NCBI GenBank assembly: GCA_965277715.1
Contig: OZ255836.1
Location: forward strand, 2,720,001 to 2,784,000
Source: Gammaproteobacteria bacterium
Lineage (GTDB): Bacteria; Pseudomonadota; Gammaproteobacteria; JBCCGL01
DNA: 64,000 nt
Direction: 5' to 3'
Below the pieces are notes generated by a model that did no database searches, was not told the origin of the DNA, and saw only the letters and a program-made list of their open reading frames with translations. A program made the translations under genes and the position numbers. This document shows, piece by piece, positions 42,909 to 53,377 of the stretch; positions within the stretch are counted from its first letter, which is position 1, and every line of letters starts with the position of its first letter.

Positions 42909-44981
42909 TTAATTCAACGCCTTAATCCATACCGCCGTGTCGTGAAAAACGGCCCCCCCATTGGGTTTGCCCGGCTCGGCAGAAATAAGGGCATTGACAC
43001 CCACGCCCTCCTCAAACGCCGCGTTTGGCCAGAGGCTTTCAATCACCACCACCCCGGCTTGCAAGCCGTCGAATACCCTGGCGTGCAATACGATAGTGGC
43101 TAATGCATTGCCAACCCGCACGCGCATACCATCCTGAATGGTTAAACGGGCGCAGTCCTGTGGGTGTATCAGTAGCGTGGGCCGCCCCTCGCGCTGTACC
43201 GATGTGGGTGTCTCGGTAAAGCTGGTGTTGAGGAAGTTGCGTGCAGGTGCCGCGACCAGGCGGAAGGGGTGTTGCCGGTCTGCCGCGTTCATTACCGGCA
43301 TATAGTCTGGCAATGTGGGCATAGCGGCTGTATCGGCACCGACCCGCGACCAATCCGGCTTGAAATGAAATTTTTTGTCAGGGGTTTCAAAGCCGTTTAA
43401 AAAGTTACTGTTTTTAAAGTCCAGGCCACAGTCGTGCCAGTGTTTATCGAAGAGGGTTTGCTCGTCTGGCAGGTTGGAATTGCGCAGTGTTTTATCGATA
43501 AGCGCCCGTTCATCCAGTTCAAATGACGGGTGAGAGAGGCCCAGCCGCTTGGCCAGTTGTTGTAACACCCAGTGATTACTGCGGCACTCACCGGGCGCCT
43601 CAATGACTTTGCGGGTGGTCTGTACGTGGGTGTGCCCGCTGGCCTGGTAGAGGTCGTCGTGTTCGAGAAACATAGTGGCGGGAAGCACGATATCAGCCAT
43701 CGCGGCGGTTTCGGTCATAAACTGTTCGTGGACGCAAATAAATAAATCTTCGCGTGACAAACCGTTCTGTACTTTTAAGGTCTCCGGCGCGACGACCAGT
43801 GGGTTGGTGTTTTGAATAAACAAGGCAGTGACCGGCGGGCCGCCCTGTAAATCCTGCGGGTTGTTGCACAGCACATCACCAATACGCGACTGGTCGAATA
43901 CCCGCGTGCTGGCATCCAGACAATCGGATGCGGTAATCAGGGTGTTATCGATGGTATACAGCGCGGTGTTGCCGTACAGGGCGCCACCGCCGGGGTATTG
44001 CCAGGCACCACTGACCGCAGGCAGACAGGTCACTGCATGAACGTTGGCCGCGCCGTTGCGCGAGCGGGAGAAACCATAGCCGATACGAATAAAGCTGCGC
44101 TGTGTATTGCCATAGAGATGTGCAAAACGGACGATCTCATCGACACTCAGGCCAGTGATGTCTGCGGCCCACTGCGGGGTGCGGGTGCTTAGGTGTTGTT
44201 CCAGTTCGGCGGGTACGTCAGTGTATTTTTCGAGGTATTTGCGGTCTGCCAGGCCATCGCGAAACAACACGTGCATCACCGCGCAGGCCAGAGCGCCATC
44301 GCTGCCTGGGCGCAACATTAAGTGCATATCGGCTTTTTCTGCTGTCGGCGTGCGGTAGGGGTCGATTACCACCAGCCTGGCATTGCGGTGGCGTTTTGCC
44401 TTCGCGATGTGGTGCATAACATTGACTTGGGTGCTGACCGGGTTACCTCCCCAGATTACAATCAAATCGCTGTCGGCGATTGTGCGCGGATCTGCGCCGC
44501 GTTTTTTGCCTGTGCCTGCAATCCAGCCCGCGTCTGCCAGGGTGACGCAAAAGGTCGAGTGTTGGCGTGAGGTTTTTAGCAAATGGCGAAAGCGGTCGAG
44601 ACCATCGCGCTGTACCAGGCCCATCGTACCCGCATAGTGGTAGGGCCACAGGGTTTCACCGCCGTGTCTGTCGATAGCGGTAGAAAATTGTTTTGCTACC
44701 TGATCGAGCGCTTCATTCCAGCCAATCGGCTCAAAGGCCCCGATACCTTTTCCTTTTGCGCCCACGCGTCGCAATGGCTGGGTGAGTCGGTCGGGGTGGT
44801 GAATGCGCTCAGCGTAACGCGACACCTTGGCGCAAATAACCCCGGCTGTGTAGCTGTTGGCTTTGGCGCCGTAGACGCGGCCAATCGTGTGCGCATCGAC
44901 CACTTCGACTTCCAGTGCACAGGTGCTGGGGCAGTCGTGTGGGCAGGTTGAGTGTACGCGCTGGTGAGGTGAGTTAGCCAT
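42909..44981 (-). CDS. Molybdopterin-dependent oxidoreductase
   Basis: CPHDCPSTC, RLTQPLRR, ADIVLPA, C-terminal Mo-dinucleotide-binding domain. Confidence 0.9.
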   Translation of the reverse strand: MANSPHQRVHSTCPHDCPSTCALEVEVVDAHTIGRVYGAKANSYTAGVICAKVSRYAERIHHPDRLTQPLRRVGAKGKGIGAFEPIGWNEALDQVAKQFSTAIDRHGGETLWPYHYAGTMGLVQRDGLDRFRHLLKTSRQHSTFCVTLADAGWIAGTGKKRGADPRTIADSDLIVIWGGNPVSTQVNVMHHIAKAKRHRNARLVVIDPYRTPTAEKADMHLMLRPGSDGALACAVMHVLFRDGLADRKYLEKYTDVPAELEQHLSTRTPQWAADITGLSVDEIVRFAHLYGNTQRSFIRIGYGFSRSRNGAANVHAVTCLPAVSGAWQYPGGGALYGNTALYTIDNTLITASDCLDASTRVFDQSRIGDVLCNNPQDLQGGPPVTALFIQNTNPLVVAPETLKVQNGLSREDLFICVHEQFMTETAAMADIVLPATMFLEHDDLYQASGHTHVQTTRKVIEAPGECRSNHWVLQQLAKRLGLSHPSFELDERALIDKTLRNSNLPDEQTLFDKHWHDCGLDFKNSNFLNGFETPDKKFHFKPDWSRVGADTAAMPTLPDYMPVMNAADRQHPFRLVAAPARNFLNTSFTETPTSVQREGRPTLLIHPQDCARLTIQDGMRVRVGNALATIVLHARVFDGLQAGVVVIESLWPNAAFEEGVGVNALISAEPGKPNGGAVFHDTAVWIKALN

Positions 44982-45143
44982 GTTATGTTGTTAATAACCG
45001 TGGGTTTAATAATTCAATCGGGCATGGAGGCATATCGATTACATTTTTGGTGATGACAATACAATTGTGCACCAGCCTGCAAGCTGCTATCAACCCATCG
45101 ATAGTGGGTAGCGATTGCCCTTGTCGCTCAGCCAACCCTTAAA

Positions 45144-45183
45144 CCTAAATTCTGCAGTTGAATCGTAGCGAGGGCGTCTAAGG
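45144..45183 (+). repeat. 40-bp dispersed repeat, also at 32442-32481
   Basis: CCTAAATTC(T/C)GCAGTTGAATCGTAGCGAGGGCGTCTAAGG; the two copies differ by 1 base. Confidence 0.8.
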
Positions 45184-45572
45184 CTGGCCGGTCAGGGTTG
45201 GTATGGAATCAGTTGCCGGAGGGAGCTTACTCTAGATCATGGGGGCATACATCCTTATATGCCCTCAGATCAGCCGATGGGTTCCTTTGAGCCTGTGCTG
45301 GAATACCCATCATTAACTAACACCAGCAGCACCCCGAAAGTGTCCTTAATTGTCCGTGTAATCCTTGCGTATCACCACCTATATAAACCCGTTCCCTGTC
45401 TGTATCAGCAGGAGACGAACCAACTACACAACGCTATGCCTCCCTGCCACCCTACACCAAAAATCCACCATTAGAACCGGGGTTATTAAACAACAGTGAA
45501 CTTTCCTGTGGCTTGCAATATTATGCGTATCGCCATAGCGAATCTGTGAAAAATTACCTTTTTTACCAATCG

Positions 45573-46037
45573 ATGTTACATATTGTTTTATATCAACCTG
45601 AAATCCCACCCAATACGGGCAATGTTATTCGCCTGTGTGCGAATACCGGTGCACAGTTACATCTAATTCGCCCCCTGGCCTTTGAAATGGACGATAAGCG
45701 CCTGCGTCGTGCAGGACTCGACTACCGGGAATGGGCAAACATACGCGAACACGACTCCATCGAGGCATTTTGCCGTGGTGTTGAGCATAATCGGCTATAC
45801 GCCTTTACCACCCACGCCACGCGTATCTATAGCGAGGTAAACTTCGCGCATAACGATGCATTCCTGTTTGGCCCTGAAACACGGGGATTGCCCAAAGACT
45901 ACCTGCAATCACTCCCCGACAAACAGCGCATACGACTACCAATGCGTGAAGGCTCGCGTAGTATGAATTTATCCAATAGCGTGGCGGTAGCCGTTTATGA
46001 AGCCTGGCGGCAATTGGATTTTTGTGGTGGAAAATAG
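45573..46037 (+). CDS. trmL: tRNA (cytidine/uridine-34 2'-O)-methyltransferase TrmL
   Basis: [36 protein letters not shown]. Confidence 0.95.
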   Translation: MLHIVLYQPEIPPNTGNVIRLCANTGAQLHLIRPLAFEMDDKRLRRAGLDYREWANIREHDSIEAFCRGVEHNRLYAFTTHATRIYSEVNFAHNDAFLFGPETRGLPKDYLQSLPDKQRIRLPMREGSRSMNLSNSVAVAVYEAWRQLDFCGGK

Positions 46038-46308
46038 CAGGAATATGCCATAGAACGGCTATGTAAATCAGCACAAATGCTGAGCTGCTTAAAGACCAAT
46101 GAACACTAGCTATGCTTAGGAACGTGCACGAAATAACTTCCGGGGTTTGCAAATGTATCGATTTACCTTATAGCTGAGTTGGCTGAGTGTGTCATTAACA
46201 CATAGCCTATTATTTAAATAACATTATAAGAGTGGACATTATTTTGTGTGTGTTCCATAACACCCTACGCTGCCCACATAGAAAAAGAGTAGACGTTAGC
46301 TCACCTTT

Positions 46309-46494
46309 TACTAACCTTTGTATTTATTCGTGGTGCTGTAGGGGGTTCGTTCGCGGGGCGCAGGTGTATTTATTTATGCTGTGCACAGCGAGCGAATTCC
46401 TTTTTACTAGCACACAGCAGAGAAAGACACTTACACTTCGCGAGCGAAACCCCAAACAGTAAAGTGCCTGCCCTTTTGAATAGTAGTGTTAAGT
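46309..46494 (-). other. Long imperfect hairpin with attC-like ends
   Basis: Minus strand begins ACTTAAC and ends GTTAGTA. Nested stems: GGGGGTTCGTTCGCG/CGCGAGCGAAACCCC, AGGTGT/ACACTT, TGCTGTG/CACAGCA. Confidence 0.4.
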
Positions 46495-46534
46495 ATGCTA
46501 TTTCAATATACAAACTGTGGCTGTCCGTGCAGTA

Positions 46535-46750
46535 CTACTCAAATTCAAATAATGCCTTTACTTCGACACTCAGCCCCCTCGCGATCTTTTCCAGGTTATC
46601 AAACTTAGGGCCAAATACACCTCGCTCAATATTACTAATCGATTCAACAGTCAAACCCGTGCTTTCGGCAAGCTGATCTTGCGTTAAACCCGCTTGTTTG
46701 CGAAGCACTTTAAGCTTAAGGCCAAACTGTGTTTTCAAGTTTGCTTGCAT
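46535..46750 (-). CDS. XRE-family HTH regulator
   Basis: FGLKLKVLRKQAGLTQDQLAE...ISNIERG; GGAGG RBS. Confidence 0.88.
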   Translation of the reverse strand: MQANLKTQFGLKLKVLRKQAGLTQDQLAESTGLTVESISNIERGVFGPKFDNLEKIARGLSVEVKALFEFE

Positions 46751-46800
46751 TCACGCCTCCAATATCGAGGCAAACAGAATATTGAAGTTGTACTTCCATA

Positions 46801-46823
46801 AAAACGAATTTAAATTTCGTTTT
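46801..46823. promoter_or_regulatory. Palindromic operator candidate between divergent genes
   Basis: AAAACGAA-N7-TTCGTTTT upstream of the XRE gene. Confidence 0.45.
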
Positions 46824-46846
46824 ATTGATATGAAATAAAAAACCAC

Positions 46847-47227
46847 TTGCTACACCTGAATTTAAGTCAACACCAACAGAATTTATTGAGCATCACTATG
46901 CAAAACCCCAGCCAAAAATCACACCTAACGACCAGAACAACAGCAGAGCCTGCACACGAAACACAAAACAGAATAATCATCGATCGCAAACAGGCCGGGC
47001 GGATTAACCCGCTAATTGACCGTAATGGCGCATCCGATACCTTATTCCGCTGTCGCTATATTCTGGCATTAATCACCGAATTAACAGGTGAGCAGCAAGC
47101 CTATGGCGAAGTACTCCAACTAGGCCATCGTTCAACAACGGGCCTGCACTACCTTTTGGAAATTTTAGATGCCGCACTGGAATATGAAGAATATGGGAGT
47201 ACAGGGCTGTCTGAGGTTCGTGAGTAG
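46847..47227 (+). CDS. Hypothetical protein divergent from the XRE regulator
   Basis: 126-aa ORF with an alternative ATG at 46898; no recognised domain. Confidence 0.5.
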   Translation: MLHLNLSQHQQNLLSITMQNPSQKSHLTTRTTAEPAHETQNRIIIDRKQAGRINPLIDRNGASDTLFRCRYILALITELTGEQQAYGEVLQLGHRSTTGLHYLLEILDAALEYEEYGSTGLSEVRE

Positions 47228-47405
47228 TTTTTGTTTTTTCTCAGCAATTGGATCAAGAGTCAGGCACAAATATTAAAAATGTGATTTAAAGAACTCCCGG
47301 AAAAACCACCCGCTCTGGATTAAGTTTCAAGCAAGCCATATAGCAAATAATATCGAGAACGCAATAATTAAATGTGTAAGATGATATTTGACCCCCTTCG
47401 TTTTT

Positions 47406-47697
47406 CCAGCGGCGGCCAATAGGCCAAGCTCGTAGCCAGAGGAGCTGGCGGTCTTGGTCTTGGTCATGGTCGCGGCGATGGGCTTTGCCGCCACCGAGGT
47501 CAGGGTTTTCGTCAGTAACAGCTCCACACAGGAGAACATAAAACAAAAGAATGCCGCCACGCCAATGCCCGAGTGGATGGTCAGCAAGAAGATTCGCAGG
47601 AAGAAGCGTGGAAATGAATAGCCGTCGATATACGCGGTTTCATCCAGCTCTTTGGGCACGCCGGACATAAACCCATCGAATATCCATACCGCCAGCA
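47406..47697 (-). pseudogene. Carbohydrate (glycerol-type) ABC permease internal fragment
   Basis: LAVWIFDGFMSGVPKELDETAYIDGYSFPRFF...FFCFMFS..ELLL...LLAAAG; GC-rich piece within AT-rich flanks. Boundaries approximate. Confidence 0.75.
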
Positions 47698-47889
47698 GTA
47701 AAAGTGCTTGTCCTTTTGAATATTTTTTTGGTGCCTGCTTTCTTGATTTGCGGTGCAACTTTCCCAAAGTATACTACAATTTTAAGTAGTAGGTTATTGG
47801 TTGGCAAAAAATCTAAACGATACCAATTAAAACTCCTACTACACCAAGCCAACTGTGCTTAATTACCTAACTAATTTTAGGGTTACCTT

Positions 47890-49044
47890 ATGCTACCAAA
47901 AAACAATATCGATATTACCTCGACTCAATACTTTCGCCCCACGTCATTATCAATTGAGTCACTCTTCTACGGTCTACAAGCGTTAAAAAATCCTCCCCCT
48001 CTTTTCAAGCAATTGGGGCTTGATCTGCATTATTTTGAGTTTTCTTCACCTGAAAGTGACAACAAAGACAGGAGGCCACAGGGTGTTACCAAGAAGGGGG
48101 ACTACATCATCAATAGCTGGTATTTTACAAATGATGCTACTTCAACCAATAAAGATAAGTGTAAATTAACAATCGCAGATACCAATACTAATGCCTATGT
48201 TAATGTTGTACCCGTTGAGCGTAATTCAGCAGGAAAATATGAGGGTATCACGTCTCATGCTGGAGGTATCACTATAGTGGGAGACTATTTATACATGGTG
48301 GATAAGATTGGCTCGGATAAGGGAATGAGAGTATTTTCCCTCAATAACATTCTCGAGGTAAACAAAAACACTCAGGATATTGCAACTGATGCCAGTAGCT
48401 TTATACTCGACTATAGTTATATGCTGCCAGAAGTGGGAGTGTTTACTGTCGATACACCGAGTAATGTTAATTTGAGTTATTTGTCTGTGGCGATGATTGA
48501 TAATACATCTTATTTCTTAACGGGTAATTTTTATAAAAGCGACGAATCTAAATACAACGCAGGGGGGAAATCTATGATGTGGCTATTTCCAATAAACACG
48601 AACGGGCCATCTTTTCCCTTTATCGATACAACTGCCAAGACTTATCAAATTGAACCGATGTATCCATCTGGTGAACATAAAAATAAGACAGTTTCTCGTA
48701 TTCAAGGAGCGACGATCACTGATAATGTTTTAATGATCAGCCGCTCTTGGGCTGATAAAAGTTATCAGTTGATTGGAATTGAATATAGTAGGGATATTCG
48801 TAAATTAGATGACTATAAGACTGATAAAATATCAGAATATTTTGATGGAACAGATACTTCACCTGAAAATAATAATGCTAAAAACTGGCTAGTAGGTTGT
48901 GAGAATCTACATCATGATAGGGAGACGGGTAATCTTTATACAGTAACAGAATTTAAGCCAGATTATAGATCGTCACCTGGAAGAAGAAATTATTATGTAG
49001 ACTATGATTCTGTAAAAGCGTTAATTAATCAACCGCCTTCCTAG
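47890..49044 (+). CDS. Low-GC hypothetical protein, possibly a beta-propeller
   Basis: 384 aa, beta-rich, with RPQGVT, HAGGI, IQGA and CENL motifs. Confidence 0.75.
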   Translation: MLPKNNIDITSTQYFRPTSLSIESLFYGLQALKNPPPLFKQLGLDLHYFEFSSPESDNKDRRPQGVTKKGDYIINSWYFTNDATSTNKDKCKLTIADTNTNAYVNVVPVERNSAGKYEGITSHAGGITIVGDYLYMVDKIGSDKGMRVFSLNNILEVNKNTQDIATDASSFILDYSYMLPEVGVFTVDTPSNVNLSYLSVAMIDNTSYFLTGNFYKSDESKYNAGGKSMMWLFPINTNGPSFPFIDTTAKTYQIEPMYPSGEHKNKTVSRIQGATITDNVLMISRSWADKSYQLIGIEYSRDIRKLDDYKTDKISEYFDGTDTSPENNNAKNWLVGCENLHHDRETGNLYTVTEFKPDYRSSPGRRNYYVDYDSVKALINQPPS

Positions 49045-49056
49045 GCAAATCGATAA

Positions 49057-49091
49057 AAATAAACGAGGCCATAATATGGCCTCGTTTATTT
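49057..49091. terminator. Intrinsic terminator-like hairpin
   Basis: AAATAAACGAGGCCAT-AAT-ATGGCCTCGTTTATTT, perfect 16-bp stem. Confidence 0.75.
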
Positions 49092-49149
49092 GATCCACGG
49101 GTGAGTGAGAAAAGAAAAAAGAAGGCAAGCATATTTTAAACGCCAGGTT

Positions 49150-49362
49150 ATTTTCATCAACACTTGATTCGTCAAAATACTCCTCTTCAGGTTTCCAACA
49201 ATTGTCGAGGTATTCCCATCGCCTTAATCCAAATGCTTCAGCAATTTTCCTGAGCCAGCGACCATCTATCTCTCGACACAGGTACATACATATCGAGCGT
49301 GTTAACGGCGTCTGCTGTTCGCCACGTTTGGCGTTTATTAAAACCTCTCTGATCAACTTCAT
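49150..49362 (-). pseudogene. C-terminal HTH remnant of a second RAYT-like transposase
   Basis: RSICMYLCREIDGRWLRKIAEAFGL aligns by eye with RKLAMYYCQRFGDMSLKAITQHFGL of 52177-53145. Boundaries approximate. Confidence 0.6.
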
Positions 49363-49422
49363 TTTCTTCGCTGTGCGTGTAATTAGAACGGTATTGGTAC
49401 CTCTACGGTAATAACTTGTCCA

Positions 49423-49637
49423 TTAAGCGCGCAAATAGTTATCAATAAACGCCTGCAAAGCCAGCTCAGCCCCCTTAGGTACATGCAAGCCTTTTTTACT
49501 GCGCCGCCACAGAATGTCATCCGCGCTGGATGCCCATTCGTGCTCGATCAGGTATTCCACTTCGCGTTGGTAGAGTGGCCCACCAAAATGCTGGCCCAGT
49601 TCCGCCATTGTGTTGGCATCGCCAATCAGTGTGTGAA
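49423..49637 (-). pseudogene. Glycerol-3-phosphate dehydrogenase (GlpD) C-terminal fragment
   Basis: LGQHFGGPLYQREVEYLIEHEWASSADDILWRRSKKGL. Confidence 0.82.
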
Positions 49638-49655
49638 GTGAAAGGGGTCATATAT

Positions 49656-51215
49656 CAATGGCACTAAGTTAAGCGGTTTTAGCGGGTAAAATAAACGAAA
49701 AAATAACTGTAATAAACCCAACAAAACAGGCTGAAATGTTATAATTTTGTATGAAAAATACAACCTTATTTCTACCCGGATTTAACATCCAAACACTCCG
49801 CAAAACACCCCGTTCAGCCATTCAAATCTTGCACGATAAGATAGCAAAAATACGTCACAAATCACTGAGTGAACTACCTGTTTTTCTTGGCGATATCATA
49901 CCCACGAATATTCTTAAACCGAATGATTGTGGTGTGAATAGTCGTCGACGTATTTTCAGTAAAGAAAATACTTTCTGGTTGTTTTTTTAACAAATAATAA
50001 ACGCCGATGGTGGCTGTAAAGAAGTCGTTAGACAACTGCAAAATGTCGCCCACAACCAAGGCATTCCCATACCTTCATCATCCACCTCCGCCTATTGCCA
50101 AGCACGTAAAAAACTACCCATGGACGATCTTAAAAACGTATTTTCAGGGACGTGTCGATTATCGACACCTCAACCCAAAGCGCTCCAAGGTCGACCGGTT
50201 ATCGTTGCCGATGGGACAGGCCTATCCATGCCCGATACGCCCGCGAATCAACAAACTTACCCACAACCAAAATCACAAACACAGGGATGCGGATTTCCTC
50301 AAGCACGGCTTTTAGCTTGTTTTAATCTTTATAGCGGTTTAATTCTGAGCTATGCACTAGGAAATAAAAAAAGTCATGAGCTAAGACTTTTAGAAGAACA
50401 ATGGGATACCTTCAATGAAGGTGACATTTTCTTAGGTGATAAAGGTTTTTGCAGCTTCTACGATATTGACTGCCTCTCTCGACGAACGGTTGACAGTGTC
50501 GTTACATTGGCGCGGAGAACGCCCAGCACTGCCTCCCAGGCCAAAAAGAAGATAGCCGATAATGACCTTCATATTGAATGGCAAAAACCTAAACACACAA
50601 AAGCGACCCGTTACACAAAAGAGCAGCATAGCGACCTTCCAAAGACCTTAACTTTACGACAAATACACGTCAGTATTGTACGAAAAGGATTTAGGACGAA
50701 CCATTTTTATATCATCACGACACTACTTGATGCTCAGCAATATCCCGCTATAGAAATTATCGACCTCTATGCACAGCGCTGGAATGTGGAACTGTATTTT
50801 CGCAATATTAAAACCACCATGGGTATGGATATATTACGCTGTAAAACACCTGATATGGTTCGTAAGGAAATCATCATGCACATGATTGTTTACAACACGA
50901 TCAGGCACATCATGTGTGTCGCTTCATACCGACATGACACACCGGTTGATCGGCTAAGTCTTAAAGGTGTTTTGCAAACACTCCGACAAAGCACTTCATC
51001 ACTTGGTAGTGGGCAGAGTCCAGCACAAAAAAGACGGCAATATCTTGATTATTTATATGCAGCGATTGCGGATGACCGTGTGCTTCATCGACCTTTTAGG
51101 TTTGAACCAAGAGTGGTAAAAAGGCGACCTAAACCACGGGCATTAATGACTCGACCAAGGAACGTTTTAAAAACTGAATATTGGCAAGCTAAAGCGGCTT
51201 AACTTAGTGCCATTG
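49656..51215 (+). mobile_element. IS4-family insertion sequence (IS-B)
   Basis: 19-bp TIR CAATGGCACTAAGTTAAGC; 11-bp direct repeat GGGTCATATAT (49645-49655 / 51216-51226). Confidence 0.93.
49751..51202 (+). pseudogene. IS4 transposase with a single in-frame stop
   Basis: ORFs 49751 and 50120 share a frame, interrupted by TAA at 49988-49990. Motifs VADGT, LGDKGF, YAQRWNVELYFRNIK. Confidence 0.88.
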
Positions 51216-51221
51216 GGGTCA

Positions 51222-52170
51222 TATATGGACCCGCAGTTAAATTCAACAATTTTTTAATCGTTCATTCATTTTTTTAGCGTTCAGAGCAGACACAGTAAAT
51301 AAGGTTAGCAGTCATATATCCGGCTTCTCGATAGGACGGATTGTATTTGTTTATCCGTCCAGAGCCATAATGGGAACCGTGCTCAGACACCTCATCAAGC
51401 AATCGGTCTGTGAAGACCATGACCCCCTCCAGGTTCTGTCTGAGCCGGTTTAACCTGTTATACCCTTTACTGCTCTTTCGCTACCTCGTGGTAAGAAATC
51501 TTCAACGACGTTATTAAACTGTTTTATGCACGTAAGTTGTATTATTAGCCGCTACCGCCCAGCTAATTCTGGCGAGCTTATTGGCCAATGCCACCGCCGC
51601 CACACAATGGCCCCGACGTGCTTTGACACGACAGGCCCAACGACTTAGCCCATCATCGTGTTTAGGCATTCGACTTAATGCCGCTTGCGCCCCCTGTATC
51701 AACAAAGTGCGCACGTGTTCGTCCCCGCGTTTACTGATACCTTTGAGTTGCGTTTTGCCCCCCGAACTATATTGACGAGGAATGAGACCCAAAAAGGCGG
51801 AAAACTCACGCCCGTTTTTATAAAAACCCGGATCGCCCATTGCTGTAAACAAGGCAGTGGCGACCAGAGGCCCTACACCCGGCAGTGTTTTTAATTGCTA
51901 GCAGCGCTCATGCTGGTTACTCAACTGGGTTAACCGTTTTGTGTAGTGTGTTACGCGTTTATCAATCTCCACTCGTTCATCATACAAAGCACTGAACACT
52001 TCACGTGCTGTGCTTGAAAAATATTTTTGGCTAGATCAATACCCAATCGGGTGATATTCTCGTTCATGGACTCGCTCCTACCTTTATTAGGTGATAATAG
52101 ATTGGTTGTGTTACCGCTCAATCTTGGCACATTGTGATGCCGATTCAAAGGGAGCGGGTCCATCCCATCA
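51222..52170 (-). mobile_element. IS1111-type (IS110 family) element, copy 1, internally deleted
   Basis: Sub-terminal IRs ATGGACCCGC (51225-51234 / 52154-52163). GIDLAK start, DEDD domain mostly deleted, premature TAG, and C-terminal PRQYSSGGK...ANKLAR. Confidence 0.9.
51225..51513 (-). ncRNA. Putative bridge/seek RNA region of IS1111 copy 1
   Basis: Near-identical reverse complement of 61197-61483. Confidence 0.65.
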
Positions 52171-52176
52171 GGCAAG

Positions 52177-53145
52177 TTATTTACTATTTAACTGATTTTC
52201 AATTTGATGCATCACCTCTTTAAGTTCTCCCTTGTCCAGCTCTTTCTTGACGTGAGCTATTGCACTCGACACACCACCAGGGTGACTTAACCCAAAATGT
52301 TGAGTAATCGCCTTTAACGACATATCACCAAACCGCTGGCAGTAATACATGGCCAATTTGCGGGGAGTGTTCGCGCTACCTCCCTTACCTTGACTATCCG
52401 AAATACTGCCTTCACTCACTCGGCAACAATTTGCCACCGTTTTTACTATCACACTGCTGGCTACCTTTTCCCGCAATTGGGGCCGCACATCAACGCCACT
52501 CTGGCTTTCTTTGTACTCGGCCAACTGTGAGCGGAACACCTTGTCACCTAACACCGTCGATAGGTTATTTTTGCCGTAAAAGCGCTGTATATCCTCATCA
52601 ATCCCTTGGTCTACATAGTCTGTGTAACATTGACAGTCGTTTTTCACCGGTAAACAGGCATAAACACGATCACGACACAACCAAGCAGGGTTCAATGCTC
52701 TTCCTATGTAAGCCGGGTAACTAGACCAGGGATAGTTCTTTAGCGATTGAACCAGAGGTCGTTTAGTCTCAATGGGGTTTCTATGTATATAGCGAGACAG
52801 GGGTAATAGATACGCATCTTCATCGACATTGATGGCTTTAAATCGCCCTCTAAACTGAGGGCCATCCGTTTTTTTAAGGCGGTTATAACGCTGTGTATAG
52901 ACACCATCGATATGCTGCATAATGCGACTGAGGTTAGCATCAGGTGTTTCCAGCAGTAGGTGGTAGTGATTGCCCATTAGGCAATAAGCGTGAATCACGG
53001 CGTGAAAACGCTCTGCGGCTTCGGTCAATGTGGCGAGAAACGCTTGGTAGTAAGCTTCGCTATGAAAAACCGTCTTACGCTCCCGACCACGGTTTATTAT
53101 ATGGTAGAAGGCGTTTTCATATTCTATGCGGTGAGGTCTTGGCAT
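52177..53145 (-). CDS. RAYT-like HUH/Y1 transposase with a C-terminal DnaA-like HTH
   Basis: FYHIINRG, CLMGNHYHLL (HUH), GRFK, RYIHRNP (catalytic Tyr), YPWSSY, and C-terminal RKLAMYY...SLKAITQHFG. Confidence 0.9.
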   Translation of the reverse strand: MPRPHRIEYENAFYHIINRGRERKTVFHSEAYYQAFLATLTEAAERFHAVIHAYCLMGNHYHLLLETPDANLSRIMQHIDGVYTQRYNRLKKTDGPQFRGRFKAINVDEDAYLLPLSRYIHRNPIETKRPLVQSLKNYPWSSYPAYIGRALNPAWLCRDRVYACLPVKNDCQCYTDYVDQGIDEDIQRFYGKNNLSTVLGDKVFRSQLAEYKESQSGVDVRPQLREKVASSVIVKTVANCCRVSEGSISDSQGKGGSANTPRKLAMYYCQRFGDMSLKAITQHFGLSHPGGVSSAIAHVKKELDKGELKEVMHQIENQLNSK

Positions 53146-53297
53146 GGGGTGATATTGACATAATCTATGATAAATAACTAGCCTGACCCCTTTTCCCTAT
53201 ATGGTAGAAGGCGTTTTCATATTCTATGCGGTGAGGTCTTGGCATGGGGTGATATTGACATAATCTATGATAAATAACTAGCCTGACCCCTTTTCCC
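53098..53297 (+). repeat. Exact 2 x 100-bp tandem duplication of the RAYT 5' end and terminal motif
   Basis: 53098-53197 equals 53198-53297; each unit ends AAATAACTAGCCTGACCCCTTTTCCC. Confidence 0.92.
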
Positions 53298-53329
53298 TTT
53301 TTCCCTTTCTTTCCTTATGTTTTTACAAT

Positions 53330-53354
53330 AGCCAGCCTTCTATGAAGGCTGGCT
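53330..53354 (-). terminator. Hairpin terminator after the adhesin gene
   Basis: AGCCAGCCTTC-TAT-GAAGGCTGGCT. Confidence 0.65.
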
Positions 53355-53377
53355 TTATACGCTTTTCTAGGATGAAA

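Noticed and set aside
49988-49990. Programmed read-through or frameshift in the IS-B transposase
   Set aside because: It is a single in-frame TAA and both parts share a frame; a nonsense mutation is the simpler explanation.
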